This document shows positions 15,322 to 27,800 of a stretch of DNA of 64,000 nucleotides, one piece after another; positions within the stretch are counted from its first letter, which is position 1, and every line of letters starts with the position of its first letter. The stretch comes from an uncultured Helicobacter sp. (lineage in GTDB: Bacteria; Campylobacterota; Campylobacteria; Campylobacterales; Helicobacteraceae): contig CBCPND010000018.1 in NCBI GenBank assembly GCA_965120395.1, forward strand, positions 444 through 64,443, read 5' to 3'. The position numbers were made by a program, and so were the translations under genes. Under the pieces are notes generated by a model. That model did not search any database. It was not told where the DNA came from and saw nothing but the letters and a program-made list of their open reading frames with translations.

Positions 15322-16701
15322 TTATGCCGTATTGAGCCATTGTTGCAGAATCTTAATTTGCTCTTTTGTTTGTGTGCTTGAAGTGCCACCAAAGCTATCT
15401 CTAGATTCCATAGAATGCACCAAATCCAAAGCTTCTTTCACGCCATTTTTTATTAAAGGATCAAGTCTTAGAATCTCTTCTTCGTCAAGCTCGCTAATAT
15501 CGCAATTTTTAGATTCTGCGTAAGCTACGATCTTGCCTGTGATATGATGTGCTTCGCGGAATGGCACGTCTGAGCTTTTTACCAAGAAATCCGCTAAATC
15601 AGTCGCACTTAAATGCCCCATTTTGCAAGCTTTAGCCATATTATCAACATTGATTTGCATTGTTTTTAAAACCTGCTTTAAAATCTCAATGCTTATTAGA
15701 ATATTCTCAACGCTATCAAACACAGCTTCTTTATCCTCTTGTGTATCCTTATTATAAGCTAATGGCAATGATTTCATTACAACTAAAAGTCTAGTCAGAT
15801 TCCCAAAAAAACGCCCACTTTTTCCACGTAAAAGTTCTGGCACATCGGGGTTTTTCTTTTGGGGCATAATCGAACTTCCTGTAGCATAATCATCACTTAT
15901 TGTGATGAATTTAAACTCATAGCTACTCCATAGCACTAGTTCTTCAGCAATGCGCGAGAAATGCATCCCAATCATCGCAATGTCATACAGCAAATCAAGT
16001 GCGAAATCTCTATCACTCACAGAATCCATCGCATTAAGCGTAGGTGCGCTAAATCCAAGCTCATCACTCAACATCTCACGATCATTTTTATAGGGTGTGC
16101 CAGCAAGCGCTCCAGAACCTAAGGGCATAAAATTATTGCGAGAAAAACTAGATTCTAGCCTCTCTATATCGCGCTTTAGTGCGCAAGCCCACGCCACAAG
16201 ATGAAAGCCAAAATTTACAGGTTGTGCGTGTTGAAGATGGGTCATTCCGGGCATAAGCGTTTTGGTGTGTTTATCTGCAATTTGTAGAATCTCGGCTATA
16301 AGATCCATTAAGCCTCGTTTGATTTGAATAATTTTATCAAGCACATATAATCTGAAATCAAGTGCTACTTGATCGTTTCTGGAGCGCGCAGTATGAAGCT
16401 TTTTCCCCACATCGCCGATTTTTTGCGTCAGACGCGCTTCAATTGCCATATGAATGTCTTCATCACCTATGTTAAACTCAAATTTACCTGCTTTGATTTC
16501 TTCTTCTATCTCAAGCAAACCTTGTTTGATTTTAGTATATTCTGCATCGTCTAAAATATTTAGCTTATGAAGCATTTTAGAGTGTGCTAGCGAACCTAAA
16601 ATATCATAAGGATACAAAATATAATCAAATCCAATTGAAGCATTAAACTTCTCTAAAAGCTCACTAGAATCCGCGCTAAATCGACCGCCCCAGAGCTTCA
16701 T
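15322..16701 (-). CDS. argH: Argininosuccinate lyase
   Basis: MKLWGGRFS... N-terminus and the [12 protein letters not shown] signature loop. 459 aa. Confidence 0.95.
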   Translation of the reverse strand: MKLWGGRFSADSSELLEKFNASIGFDYILYPYDILGSLAHSKMLHKLNILDDAEYTKIKQGLLEIEEEIKAGKFEFNIGDEDIHMAIEARLTQKIGDVGKKLHTARSRNDQVALDFRLYVLDKIIQIKRGLMDLIAEILQIADKHTKTLMPGMTHLQHAQPVNFGFHLVAWACALKRDIERLESSFSRNNFMPLGSGALAGTPYKNDREMLSDELGFSAPTLNAMDSVSDRDFALDLLYDIAMIGMHFSRIAEELVLWSSYEFKFITISDDYATGSSIMPQKKNPDVPELLRGKSGRFFGNLTRLLVVMKSLPLAYNKDTQEDKEAVFDSVENILISIEILKQVLKTMQINVDNMAKACKMGHLSATDLADFLVKSSDVPFREAHHITGKIVAYAESKNCDISELDEEEILRLDPLIKNGVKEALDLVHSMESRDSFGGTSSTQTKEQIKILQQWLNTA

Positions 16702-16708
16702 ATCATCC

Positions 16709-17164
16709 CTAAAATTTAATGACTGCGCATATCACAATAACAATCATTAAGATTGTTGGTATCTCATTAAAAAATCTAAAAAACTTATGACTAATGGAGC
16801 ACGAATCATTTTGCATTTTTGTTACTATTATTCCACATACGATATGAAAAATCAGCATAAGAACAGTAAATAGCACTTTAATGTGAATCCACATCCCGCT
16901 TCTAAAAATATCTGGGAACATTATCCATATCAATAATCCTCCACTACCTACACTAAACCACATAGATGGACGCATAATATAAACAAAAAGTCTATATTCT
17001 TGAAGTTTTACGACACTAGTAAAGGCTTCATTGCCATAATTAAGCGCGTGATAAACAAAAAGCCTTGGCAGATAAAAAAGCCCAGCCATCCAGCAAATCA
17101 CACTTATAATATGCAGTGTCTTAATCCACGAATAATACTCCATTAGCCACTCTGCAAATTCCAT
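16709..17164 (-). CDS. hemJ: Protoporphyrinogen IX oxidase HemJ-type (UPF0093) membrane protein
   Basis: 151 aa, 4 TM segments. W.K..H...[16 protein letters not shown] motif typical of HemJ. Confidence 0.7.
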   Translation of the reverse strand: MEFAEWLMEYYSWIKTLHIISVICWMAGLFYLPRLFVYHALNYGNEAFTSVVKLQEYRLFVYIMRPSMWFSVGSGGLLIWIMFPDIFRSGMWIHIKVLFTVLMLIFHIVCGIIVTKMQNDSCSISHKFFRFFNEIPTILMIVIVICAVIKF

Positions 17165-17207
17165 TTTCTCTCCTTTTTAAAACTTCACTACTTATTTTAC
17201 CTTCATT

Positions 17208-18356
17208 TTACTTTAATATTGGTAAAAACTCAAAAAGTGTAATCTCAGAAGTAGAAAAACTTCTCATAGGCGGACCCCAGAATCCCGCACCTTCATTGAC
17301 ATAAATATATGTGCTCGTCTCTGGAATCTTATGCAAACCTTTTAAATAAGGCTGTTGCAAAAGCACAGCTAAAGAAATCGGGAAAATTTGCCCGCCGTGC
17401 GTGTGTCCAGCAAGAATAAAATCAATCTTTTGCAAAAGGGCAGAATCTAGAATGTTTATAACTTTTGGCTGATGGGTTAGGAAAATTACAGGCAAGTTTG
17501 CATTTATATTTTTTAATGATTTGTTAAAATCTGGCTTTAAAAAGCCCATTCTATTGCCCATTAAATCCGCGCTTCCAGCGATATTGATCATATCTTTAAT
17601 CTCGATATTTTCATTGATAAGCACTTTAAAGCCAAGTGATTTTATAGATTCTATGATCTCATAAATATCGTGGATATACTCGTGATTACCAAGCACATAA
17701 TACACGCCATATTTCGCGCACAAATTACCCAGAATCTGCAAACTCGCTTTTGAATTTTCTAAACTTGAATCTATTAAGTCGCCTGTGATTGCGATTATAT
17801 CTGGATTTTGCGCATTGCTTAAAGAGACGATTCTAGCCACGCGCGCTTCATCCATAAGTCCGCCGATGTGAATATCGCTTAATTGCAAAACCTTAAGAGG
17901 TTTGCTAAGCTTGTTAAGCTCAGAACTTATATGCCTAATCTTTGGCTCTGATAAGCCATTATACAGCGTATAAAAACCATAAATAAAACAAAAAGCTAGA
18001 ATGTAACGCTTAAGTTTTGGCTTTAGATGCTGCTTTTGTAAAATCCAAAATGCCAAACTCACGCAACTTGCGATAATTGCCCCAACCAAAAGCATAAACA
18101 TCAAACCAACGCAAATAGAAGCGATCATAAACGCCCATTTTGGTGCAAACTCATAACTTCGCATAAACATATAAAGCACGCTAAAAATCATATTTATAAA
18201 TAAAATCGTGTTAAGAAATCGCGCTATAATCTTGCTTGATGAGACCTTACGCACTAAAAGCATATAAACAATCAAATGTAACACGATAAATAATAAAGAT
18301 CCTAAAAACGGAAATAAAAAGCTTTGCATCTGCGCAAATTGCGGTGTATCATCCAT
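17208..18356 (-). CDS. Membrane-anchored metallophosphoesterase
   Basis: N-terminal TM segments followed by calcineurin-like motifs LSDIHIG, GDLID, GNHE and GHTHGGQ. Confidence 0.85.
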   Translation of the reverse strand: MDDTPQFAQMQSFLFPFLGSLLFIVLHLIVYMLLVRKVSSSKIIARFLNTILFINMIFSVLYMFMRSYEFAPKWAFMIASICVGLMFMLLVGAIIASCVSLAFWILQKQHLKPKLKRYILAFCFIYGFYTLYNGLSEPKIRHISSELNKLSKPLKVLQLSDIHIGGLMDEARVARIVSLSNAQNPDIIAITGDLIDSSLENSKASLQILGNLCAKYGVYYVLGNHEYIHDIYEIIESIKSLGFKVLINENIEIKDMINIAGSADLMGNRMGFLKPDFNKSLKNINANLPVIFLTHQPKVINILDSALLQKIDFILAGHTHGGQIFPISLAVLLQQPYLKGLHKIPETSTYIYVNEGAGFWGPPMRSFSTSEITLFEFLPILK

Positions 18357-18426
18357 TGATATTCCTCATTTTAGATTCTGTAATGCTATCAAAATATCTT
18401 TAATTTTTGTGCCTCTTATTTTCCTC

Positions 18427-18457
18427 TTGACTTAGAGTAGCTCTTATATTCTATAAT
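18427..18457 (+). promoter_or_regulatory. Promoter candidate TTGACT-N19-TATAAT upstream of 18483
   Basis: TTGACT at 18427-18432 and TATAAT at 18452-18457. AGGAGG RBS at 18471-18476. Confidence 0.35.
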
Positions 18458-18482
18458 TCACAAATCTTTTAGGAGGTTTTAT

Positions 18483-18917
18483 ATGAGCTTCTTGAAAGTA
18501 TTTCTTATTGGAGTGAGTTTTCTAGGAGGTATGGCAATGGCAGAAGAGATAAAAATAATATTAGAGCTTGAGAGTGAAAGCATCAAGGTGGCATTAGAGA
18601 ATAATGTCGCTTCAAGGGAATTTGTAGCGCAGCTTCCATTAGAACTAGAATTTAGCGATTATGTAGGTAAAGAAAAAATTGCTCATTTACCAAAGGCTTT
18701 AAGCGTGAAAAACACCACAGGCTATGATCCGCAAGTTGGGGATTTTTTCTACTTTGCTCCGTGGGGGAATCTTGGAATCTATTATGCTAAACAACCGCCA
18801 TATAAAGGGCTTGTATATCTTGGCAAGGTTTTGGATTCTAAGAGTGGGAAAAATGGCATAGAGATTATAAAGAACATAAAAAAGGATTTTAGAGTGAAAT
18901 TAAGTCGGGGTGATTAG
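18483..18917 (+). CDS. Secreted cyclophilin-like-fold protein (hypothetical)
   Basis: Signal peptide. The motif ..GDFFYFAPWGNLGIYY.. is typical of the cyclophilin-like domain family, recognised by eye. Confidence 0.55.
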   Translation: MSFLKVFLIGVSFLGGMAMAEEIKIILELESESIKVALENNVASREFVAQLPLELEFSDYVGKEKIAHLPKALSVKNTTGYDPQVGDFFYFAPWGNLGIYYAKQPPYKGLVYLGKVLDSKSGKNGIEIIKNIKKDFRVKLSRGD

Positions 18918-19328
18918 GATATAGTCTTATGAAATTATTTAAAATATTTTTGGCTGTGTATAAAATCCTTAATTTTACAAGCCCAAATAGAACCCAAAAT
19001 CTAGAATCTTTGTGTTGGCTTTTATGGTGTAGGAATTTTAAAATTGTATCATTCTTGAGTGATTGAGTGAAATCCATAGCGCATAAAAAGCCAAACATCA
19101 TAGGCATAAAAATAATTTTTATCGCGCATTCTATTTGGGTAAAAAACTTACTAAATCTTACATAACATTAAGCAAATTAGGATTCTCTCTTGTTGGACCT
19201 GAATATCTTTAAACCCAATCTTAATCTATCCCAGCTCTCGTTCTTTAAAATATTGATTAACAAGCAAATATTATTAAGTAAATAAAGAATCTACAATGAC
19301 TTTAAAGCCATTGGACCGCTATTTTTCA

Positions 19329-19892
19329 TCACGCATGCATAAATCTTATAGGCTGTCCGCATTTTTTGCAGTGGAAAACCTGTCCGTTTTGGATTTTTTT
19401 ATGTATGGTATCAAGCACTCTAAATTCTCGATTACAGCCACAAGTATAAATATGGCTTACCACTTTCTCATTACCAGATTGTGCGTGAGCACTAATTTCT
19501 TTTTCGTGTTCTGCTCGGTATTTCTCAATCAACATATCTTCTTTTAAAATATGTTCTATCAACCATTGTTCAGTGATAATAGCAAGCTTTTGCTTGAAGT
19601 CATATTTAATATTTTGAATGAGATCTGTCATATCGGCAATTATAGCTTTGTGCAACTCTTTTTGTCTTGCTAATCCGGGATAACCTATACTATCCATATA
19701 TTGCTCTTCATCGCGAAAATGCACCTTCATATACTCAAAGAGTTCTGCAAGGATTTTTTTAATTTCCTTGCTATCGACTTGCTTACTTATAAGAGTCCCT
19801 GCCTTTTCGGCAATCTCAAATAGCTTTTTATGCTGAGCATCAATAATGTCACTATGGATACTGTATTCATTATCCCATTTTGGTATTGCCAT
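19329..19892 (-). CDS. Bacteriohemerythrin with C-terminal Cys-rich (zinc-ribbon-like) extension
   Basis: Hemerythrin ligand motifs (..IDAQHKKLFE.., HFRDEEQYM, WLIEHILKED). C-terminal CGC...(25 aa)...CKKC. Confidence 0.8.
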   Translation of the reverse strand: MAIPKWDNEYSIHSDIIDAQHKKLFEIAEKAGTLISKQVDSKEIKKILAELFEYMKVHFRDEEQYMDSIGYPGLARQKELHKAIIADMTDLIQNIKYDFKQKLAIITEQWLIEHILKEDMLIEKYRAEHEKEISAHAQSGNEKVVSHIYTCGCNREFRVLDTIHKKIQNGQVFHCKKCGQPIRFMHA

Positions 19893-20027
19893 CTTATATG
19901 GCTCCTTATAAAGAATTATTTTACATTGATAGCAGTTTTTATTAAGTAAAACAAAAAATCATATAGCGATATATCGTCATTTTTAGATACAATTATCCTT
20001 TTTATAACAGAAATTTTAAGGGCAAAT

Positions 20028-20603
20028 ATGGCTGAGATGATAGAATCCTTCAAGGGATCTTTTGATACTTGGGGATATGTTGTATTGTTTTTATACTGCA
20101 TAGGTAGCGGATATGTAGGCATTATCGCTGCTGGAATCTTAAGTGCGCTTGGGCATATGAATATTAGTCTAAGCATTGGCATTGCCGCACTTGGCAATTT
20201 TACTGGGAGTTCTGTGCTTACTTATCTTGTGCGCTATCAAAAGCAGGATTTTTTAAAATACCTCGATAAACACCGCAGAAAGATCGCCCTTATGCATATT
20301 TGGCTTAAAAAATATGGCGCAATATTGATTTTTGTCAATAAATTTTTATATGGGGTCAAATTTTTAGTGCCTGTGGCTATCGGGATGAGTCGTTATAGCT
20401 TTAAAAAATTTCTTCTTTTAAATCTGCTTTCTTGTATCGCGTGGGCTTTGAGTCTTGGGATACTTGCATTTTATGGTTCAAGATTTATAGAATCTATCAT
20501 TGATAAATACGGACAATATTCATACATTATCATTATTGGTATTTTTGCTATCATTGGGGCATTTATACTGTGGCTTAATAAACAATCAAAACTCAAGCGC
20601 TAG
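20028..20603 (+). CDS. DedA-family inner-membrane protein
   Basis: 191 aa polytopic protein with a DedA/SNARE-associated pattern (..G.GYVGIIAAG.., ..KYG...IFV.KF..G.). Confidence 0.7.
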   Translation: MAEMIESFKGSFDTWGYVVLFLYCIGSGYVGIIAAGILSALGHMNISLSIGIAALGNFTGSSVLTYLVRYQKQDFLKYLDKHRRKIALMHIWLKKYGAILIFVNKFLYGVKFLVPVAIGMSRYSFKKFLLLNLLSCIAWALSLGILAFYGSRFIESIIDKYGQYSYIIIIGIFAIIGAFILWLNKQSKLKR

Positions 20604-20624
20604 GTTTTAAGATTCTAAAAATTG

Positions 20625-21095
20625 ATGAAAGCTTTAATTGTGTTTGCACTAATATGTGGCATAAAAGCCAAAGATTTACCCGATGCAAATGCTTTCTTAG
20701 AATTCCATCGCCATAATCTCACACAAACATACCAAAATGTCTTACAAGGTTCTATGAATGGAGATTTTGTGCGTTTTCGTGGATACAACCTTATTGATTA
20801 TGGCGTGTATAAAACTATGCCAGAATCTAGGATTCTAGCCATTAAAAAGCCTTTGATCTTTTTCCGTGGAATAATTGTATCAAACCCCTTATACAGCGAG
20901 TATGGAGGAGCGACAATTCAAGCAGTATTCATCCGAGAATCCAAAGAGCAAAAAGCCAAAAAAGTCTCCTTAAATTTCGCTGGGCGGTATCTAAGCGATT
21001 TATTAACCATAGGAGAAGGTAGCGAATTTTACGCACTTTGTGCCTTGCCATATGTGAATAGATGTGTGCTTTTAGGGATTGGTGAGAGATGGTAG
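20625..21095 (+). CDS. Hypothetical exported protein
   Basis: ATG at 20625, N-terminal signal-like MKALIVFALICGIKA. No recognisable motif. Confidence 0.5.
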   Translation: MKALIVFALICGIKAKDLPDANAFLEFHRHNLTQTYQNVLQGSMNGDFVRFRGYNLIDYGVYKTMPESRILAIKKPLIFFRGIIVSNPLYSEYGGATIQAVFIRESKEQKAKKVSLNFAGRYLSDLLTIGEGSEFYALCALPYVNRCVLLGIGERW

Positions 21096-21243
21096 ATTCT
21101 AAAAGCTGTCATTGATAAACCAAATCATCCAAATCCCAAAATACCACAATTCCACCCAAATCTCGCAATAGAATTTAAAATCCAAATGCGCCAATAATGC
21201 ACGAAAATTCGTTATAATGCGCTAAATTTCATAAAGGATTGCT

Positions 21244-22113
21244 ATGTTTAAAAAATTGACCACCCCAATCATTTCTGTATTGGATTTTATTACAAAGTAT
21301 TTTAAAACTTTTGTATTTTTATTTATCGTGGTGCTTATTATGGCTAGTTCTCATAAACCAACGCAAACACCAAATCTTGCTAAAATCTACCTTAAGGGCA
21401 CGATTTTGGATTCTGAGAATCTGCGCTTACAAATCGAAGAAATTAAGAAATACCCAAGCATAAAAGGTGCGTTGCTGATTATTGACTCTCCCGGTGGAGC
21501 AGCTGGAGCAAGCATAGAGATAGCGGATTTAATCAAAGATCTCACAAAGTCTATGCCCGTAGTTACGCATACTGAAAGCACTATGGCAAGTGGGGCATAT
21601 TATGCAGGAATCTATGCAAGCAGAATCTATGCTAATCGTGGCAGCCTTGTGGGGCACATTGGTGTGATTTTTAATGGCGCAAACATACAAGACTTAATCA
21701 AAAAGCTTGGTATTCAGTCTCAAACACTTTCTGCGGGTGAGTTTAAAGAAGCTGGGGCGCTTATGACGCGCGCGTGGAGTGAAAAAGAGAAAAAATATAT
21801 GCAACAAGTTATCAATAACACATATGATATGTTCGTGCTTGATGTTGCTAATGCGCGTAAGCTCAATATTGCAGATTCTCATAAGTTCGCGCAAGGGCAA
21901 ATCTTTAATGCCAAAAAAGCTAAAGATCTCGGGCTTATTGATGGGGTTTGCTCGCGTGATGAAGCTATCTCAACCTTAAAAGATCTAAGCGGTGTAACAC
22001 AAGCTAAATGGCTTGAAAAAACGAGATTTGAAACCTATATGGAATCCTTGATGCAATCCTCGATGGGCTATCTCTTTGGAATTTTTGGGCTAGGATCACA
22101 ACAAGCAAGATAA
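21244..22113 (+). CDS. sppA: Signal peptide peptidase SppA (36K type)
   Basis: N-terminal TM segment. IDSPGG motif and ClpP/S49-fold features (..ASGAYY..). Confidence 0.85.
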   Translation: MFKKLTTPIISVLDFITKYFKTFVFLFIVVLIMASSHKPTQTPNLAKIYLKGTILDSENLRLQIEEIKKYPSIKGALLIIDSPGGAAGASIEIADLIKDLTKSMPVVTHTESTMASGAYYAGIYASRIYANRGSLVGHIGVIFNGANIQDLIKKLGIQSQTLSAGEFKEAGALMTRAWSEKEKKYMQQVINNTYDMFVLDVANARKLNIADSHKFAQGQIFNAKKAKDLGLIDGVCSRDEAISTLKDLSGVTQAKWLEKTRFETYMESLMQSSMGYLFGIFGLGSQQAR

Positions 22114-22125
22114 ATTTGAGATTGC

Positions 22126-22153
22126 GGTTGCACGCCACTTCTTGCGTGCAATC
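22126..22153. terminator. Hairpin between convergent sppA and gdhA (bidirectional terminator candidate)
   Basis: TTGCACGC (22128-22135), 8-nt loop, GCGTGCAA (22144-22151). Extendable by 2 bp. Confidence 0.5.
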
Positions 22154-22168
22154 AAGGCAAGCTATTTA

Positions 22169-23530
<1,362 letters not shown>

Positions 23531-23576
23531 TTATTTAATTATTATAAAATCTAATTGTAGCCACTTCAGGTAAAAT

Positions 23577-24833
23577 TTAAGGATTCACAATGCGTTCTAT
23601 ATTAGATTGGATACTTATAATATTATAACGAGCCTGATTGATATTAGTCTGCATAGATGTAAGCAATAATTGCGCATTAATAAGTTCAGTATATGTTGAT
23701 ATATTCTGCAAATAGCGATTATTGATAATTGTGTAGTTTTCTTTTGCTTTTTTTAGAGAATCTTGGGCAATTTTTAGCTGATGTTTAGCACTCTCATAAT
23801 CACGCAAAAGCGCATACAAGTCTAACTCTAAATCCCTTGCATACTGCGTTAGATTATTTTGCATAGCTAGAAGTTCATAACGTTTGATTTGGTATTGCCA
23901 GCCATCGCTAAGCCCATTAAACAGATTTAAGCTCACATTAAGCCCAATTTGGCTTTGCAAGCCATATGTGTAGTTTGCTGCACCAGCACCATCGATATAC
24001 CAATACTTCACCCCACTTATATCAAGTTGTGGTAAAAAGCTCCCTATGGCTGATTTTAGGGCAAGCCTCGCAGATTCTAGTTGGGATTTGAGATATAAAT
24101 AATTTGGATTATTGCGCAAAGCCTGAGTGAGCAAATCTTGCTCTTTGTATTCATAAATTTGCACCTCTTTAATCTCTTCGATATCATCGATATTTACGCG
24201 CATTCCAATGAGATTACTTAAAGCATTAAGGGCATATTCAAGATTCTGCTTTGCGCTCTCAAATGTAATAATCGCACTTGAGAGCTGTAGCTCCATCGTT
24301 AAAACTTCATTCTTAGCACGCAAACCTTGCTGATAAAATGAATTTGCCTTTTTAAGCTGTTGTGTTAAGAGAGTTTTAGATTCTAAGCTTGTTTGCAGCA
24401 ATGCTTTAGCCTGTAAAATGCTAATGTAGGCGAGTTTAGCTTGAAGCCTCACATCTGCAAAGGTATTTTTTAAATCCAGATTTTTTCGCTCAAGATTCTT
24501 TTTTGACTCTTTTATGGCGATGTAATCCTGAAAGCCTTTAAAAATATTTACACGCCCCACGAGATTAAAGGTATTTAGCGCATATTCCTTAGAGACACTC
24601 GGAATGTTGTAACTATAGATGTAATTTGTATTTAATGTAGGCAAAAATGCCGAAAAAGAGGTGTATTTTTGGTATGTAGCAGTTTGCGTATAATGTCGCT
24701 GTGCCTCTAGTTTAGCTGAATGCTCTACTGCCTTGTTGATCGCTTCTTCTAAGCTTATCCCACACATACAAGAAATAAGCCCAAAGTTCATAACACAGGC
24801 TGCACAGATAGATCCTAGAATCCTCATTTTCAT
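23577..24833 (-). CDS. TolC-family outer-membrane efflux channel (RND operon)
   Basis: 418 aa, signal peptide, two-repeat OEP pattern. 4-nt overlap with the RND pump gene. Confidence 0.8.
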   Translation of the reverse strand: MKMRILGSICAACVMNFGLISCMCGISLEEAINKAVEHSAKLEAQRHYTQTATYQKYTSFSAFLPTLNTNYIYSYNIPSVSKEYALNTFNLVGRVNIFKGFQDYIAIKESKKNLERKNLDLKNTFADVRLQAKLAYISILQAKALLQTSLESKTLLTQQLKKANSFYQQGLRAKNEVLTMELQLSSAIITFESAKQNLEYALNALSNLIGMRVNIDDIEEIKEVQIYEYKEQDLLTQALRNNPNYLYLKSQLESARLALKSAIGSFLPQLDISGVKYWYIDGAGAANYTYGLQSQIGLNVSLNLFNGLSDGWQYQIKRYELLAMQNNLTQYARDLELDLYALLRDYESAKHQLKIAQDSLKKAKENYTIINNRYLQNISTYTELINAQLLLTSMQTNINQARYNIISIQSNIERIVNP

Positions 24834-27800
24834 CCTTGATTCTTGCTTTTTTCCTTTGGTGAGACACTCAAAAGCAAAGATGGGATAATAAACACCGTAA
24901 TAATCGTAGAAAACGTCAAACCACCGATTAAAACCGCGCCAAGCCCGCGATAAATCTCACCCCCAGCACCACTAAAAATAACTAATGGCAAGAGCGCTAA
25001 AACACTTGTCGCCATACTCATATAAATCGGCGAAAGTCGTGTGCGTGTAGAATCTAGCACAGATTCTCGCCAGCTCATTTTATAAGAATTGAAATTTATA
25101 CGTGCTTGATAGACGATTAAAATCGCATTATTCACGACACTTCCGACTAAAATGATAAATCCTAACATCGTTATGACATCAAGATTCTGCGAAGCTATTA
25201 AAGCATTCACACCAAAAAGCCCCATAATTCCGCCAGCTGTAGCTAAAGGAATGGTTAGGATAATAAAAAACGGATAAAAGTAGCTCCCATAAAGCGCACA
25301 TAAAATCAAATATGTAACAACAATAGCCAACACAAATCCCCACGATAAATCCGCGCGCAATTTGCTTAATTTATCGGCATTTCCATTAAGTGTTATGCTT
25401 AAATCATCAAAATTTTCTATCACAGGTTTTAGAATATTCTCTTGAATGATTTCTATAACCTCTTCAAGCGGGGCATTGCCATTTGGGTTTAGAATCAATA
25501 ATGCACTACGCTTTTGCTCAAAATGTCTAATAGTTGAGATTCCCACTTCATTACGCACATCAACCAACGAGACAAGAGGAATAACCTTGCCATTTGGAGT
25601 ATAAATTTGTGAATATAAAAAATCCTCTGGAGCGTAATCGCCTCTATTGCGTGCTGATTTTAAGACCAAATCGCTATACTCATCACCAATTCTAACCTGT
25701 CCAATTTTCTTTCCTCCAAGCGTGACCAAAAGAATATCCCCAAAGCTCTCAATATCAAGTTTATTTTGCAAAAGCGCAAATGAATTTGGATATAAATTAA
25801 CCTCTTGATTATTCGCATAAAGAGCCGGCACAGCCCTAATGCCTATGTATGGTAGCTTCTCATTTATAAGCCCAAAGATCTCTCGTGCAGCTCTAGTGAT
25901 AGAATCTAAATCATCACCACTAATATTTAAATCAATACTTGAGCTAGATGAGCCACTAAATATTTCTTGCTGTAAGACCACGCCTGATGCGTTTGGAATC
26001 TGATTGATGATATTTTTAGCAAAAGGAATTAGCTCTCTTGCCTTTTTATCATCACTCGCGACAAGGTAAAAATAAATTGTATTATCCACACTCATAAAAA
26101 AATCTCTAATTGCAGGAGGATCTTTTATGCTTTGTTGCACATAACCGTTTTGCTCTAAAAGTGGTGTAATTTCTTGATATAAAAGTTGTGAGATGTAGTG
26201 CTTTTCATTAAGAGAGATTCCCGGTGGTGTAGAGATATAGGCAATGATGAAGTTTTGCTCGCCTTTTGGCATATAATCTACCTTTGGAAAAGCATAAATG
26301 CTAAATCCTATAGATCCCCCAAGAAAAAGCACAACACTTAAAAACCGACTCATAGCACTTTTAGTGCAGAATCTAACAATGTGCATTATCCACTCTTGTG
26401 CTTTAAATCCGAATGTAGCGATTTTTTGACTGATTTGAGTGGGCGGTTTTTGATGTTTAGGAAGCCATAAAAGCAGCAAAGAAGGAATGATAAAAATACA
26501 CACTATAAGAGCAAGTATAATTGCGCTACTAGAAGCAATAGCAATGTCTGCAAAAAGCTGTCCTGCCTCATCTTTGAGGTATAAAATCGGGATAAAAATA
26601 GCAATAGTCGTAACACTTGAGGCAAAAAGCGCACCAAAAACTTCTTTTGTCCCAATGAATGTGGCTTCAAATGGTTGTGCAGGATTCTTGCGCCTATTGC
26701 GTATAATTGATTCTAGCACGACAATTGCAGAATCTATCACCATAGAAATTGCAAATGAAATACCCGCTAGAGAGATTACATTAAGTGTGCGCCCAAAAGC
26801 ATATAAAAGAATAAATGTCCCTATAATGCTTAAAGGAATGACAAGTGAGATAATAACAAGCGAAGTGAGATTGCGTAAAAACAACATCAACACCGCCACA
26901 GATAAAATCACACCCAAAAATACATTATCCTTCACCTGTTTAATCGCATCTAAAATAAACTGCCTTTGATCTCGCCCCCAATCTATATGGATTCCCTCTT
27001 TTTTAAGCACAGAGTTATTAAGATTTTGAGTAGCTTCCCAGATTCTATTTGTCAGCTCTAAAATATTGGCATTAGCCGTGGGACGAATCTGTATAGAGAT
27101 CACATCATCGCCATTGTGGATATTATAATTTGTCTTTTTGGCATATCCCTTTTTAACATCTGCTATATCTTTAAGTCTTGTAATTTTGCCATTTTGCACT
27201 TTTATGACGGTATTTAAAATCTCATTAAGCGAAGCATATGCACCTATAGCTTGAATTCTGTAATTGCGCTGATTAAAATCAACACTCCCAGCAGAAATGT
27301 TGATGTTTTGCGCATAAATTGCTTGGATAACTTCTTTAATTGCAATATTATTAAAAGCAAGCTGTTGGGCATTTAAAAAAATCTGAATTTCTTTTGTGGT
27401 GCCTCCAGATAGATATGCCTCTCCTACTCCTTCAATGCGCTCATAATAATGTAATACATTGTCTTCAATAAAATTCCTATAAGTATCAATATGATGCACA
27501 GAATCTAGCGATTTTGCAAACAAATAAACCGCCACAGGAATGATCTCGCCTGTTGTTTTTATAATAGGCTTTTGCACATTCTCGCGATATCCGCCGATTT
27601 CTTCAAGTTTAGAGCTCACATTAATAAAAGCCATATCTAAATCTGTATCAAGGCTAAACTCAAGATTGATAATCGCCATCCCCTCTCTTGAAGTAGAAGT
27701 CATACTCACAAGACCAAGGAGATTTTTAAGGTATTTTTCTTGCTTTTGTATGATTTCTCGCTCTATTTCATATGGTGAAGCCCCACTCCAAGCTGTATAA

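Noticed and set aside
15288-15392. N-terminal extensions in the ORF track: ubiE 15288-15392, lolA 40880-40960, pal 42951-43034, porB 56221-56289, aguA 34565-34576, hypE 38172-38189, scaffold-like 939-962
   Set aside because: The extensions overlap upstream genes and lack family similarity. In each case an internal ATG has an RBS and a proper signal peptide, lipobox or family N-terminus.
21110-21218. Periodic CCAAAT-type words (about 10-11 bp phasing) upstream of sppA, considered as a repeat element
   Set aside because: The pattern fits the phased A/T-tract upstream signal typical of epsilonproteobacterial promoters, and it ends in TATAAT at 21213-21218. It is ordinary promoter architecture rather than a distinct repeat family.
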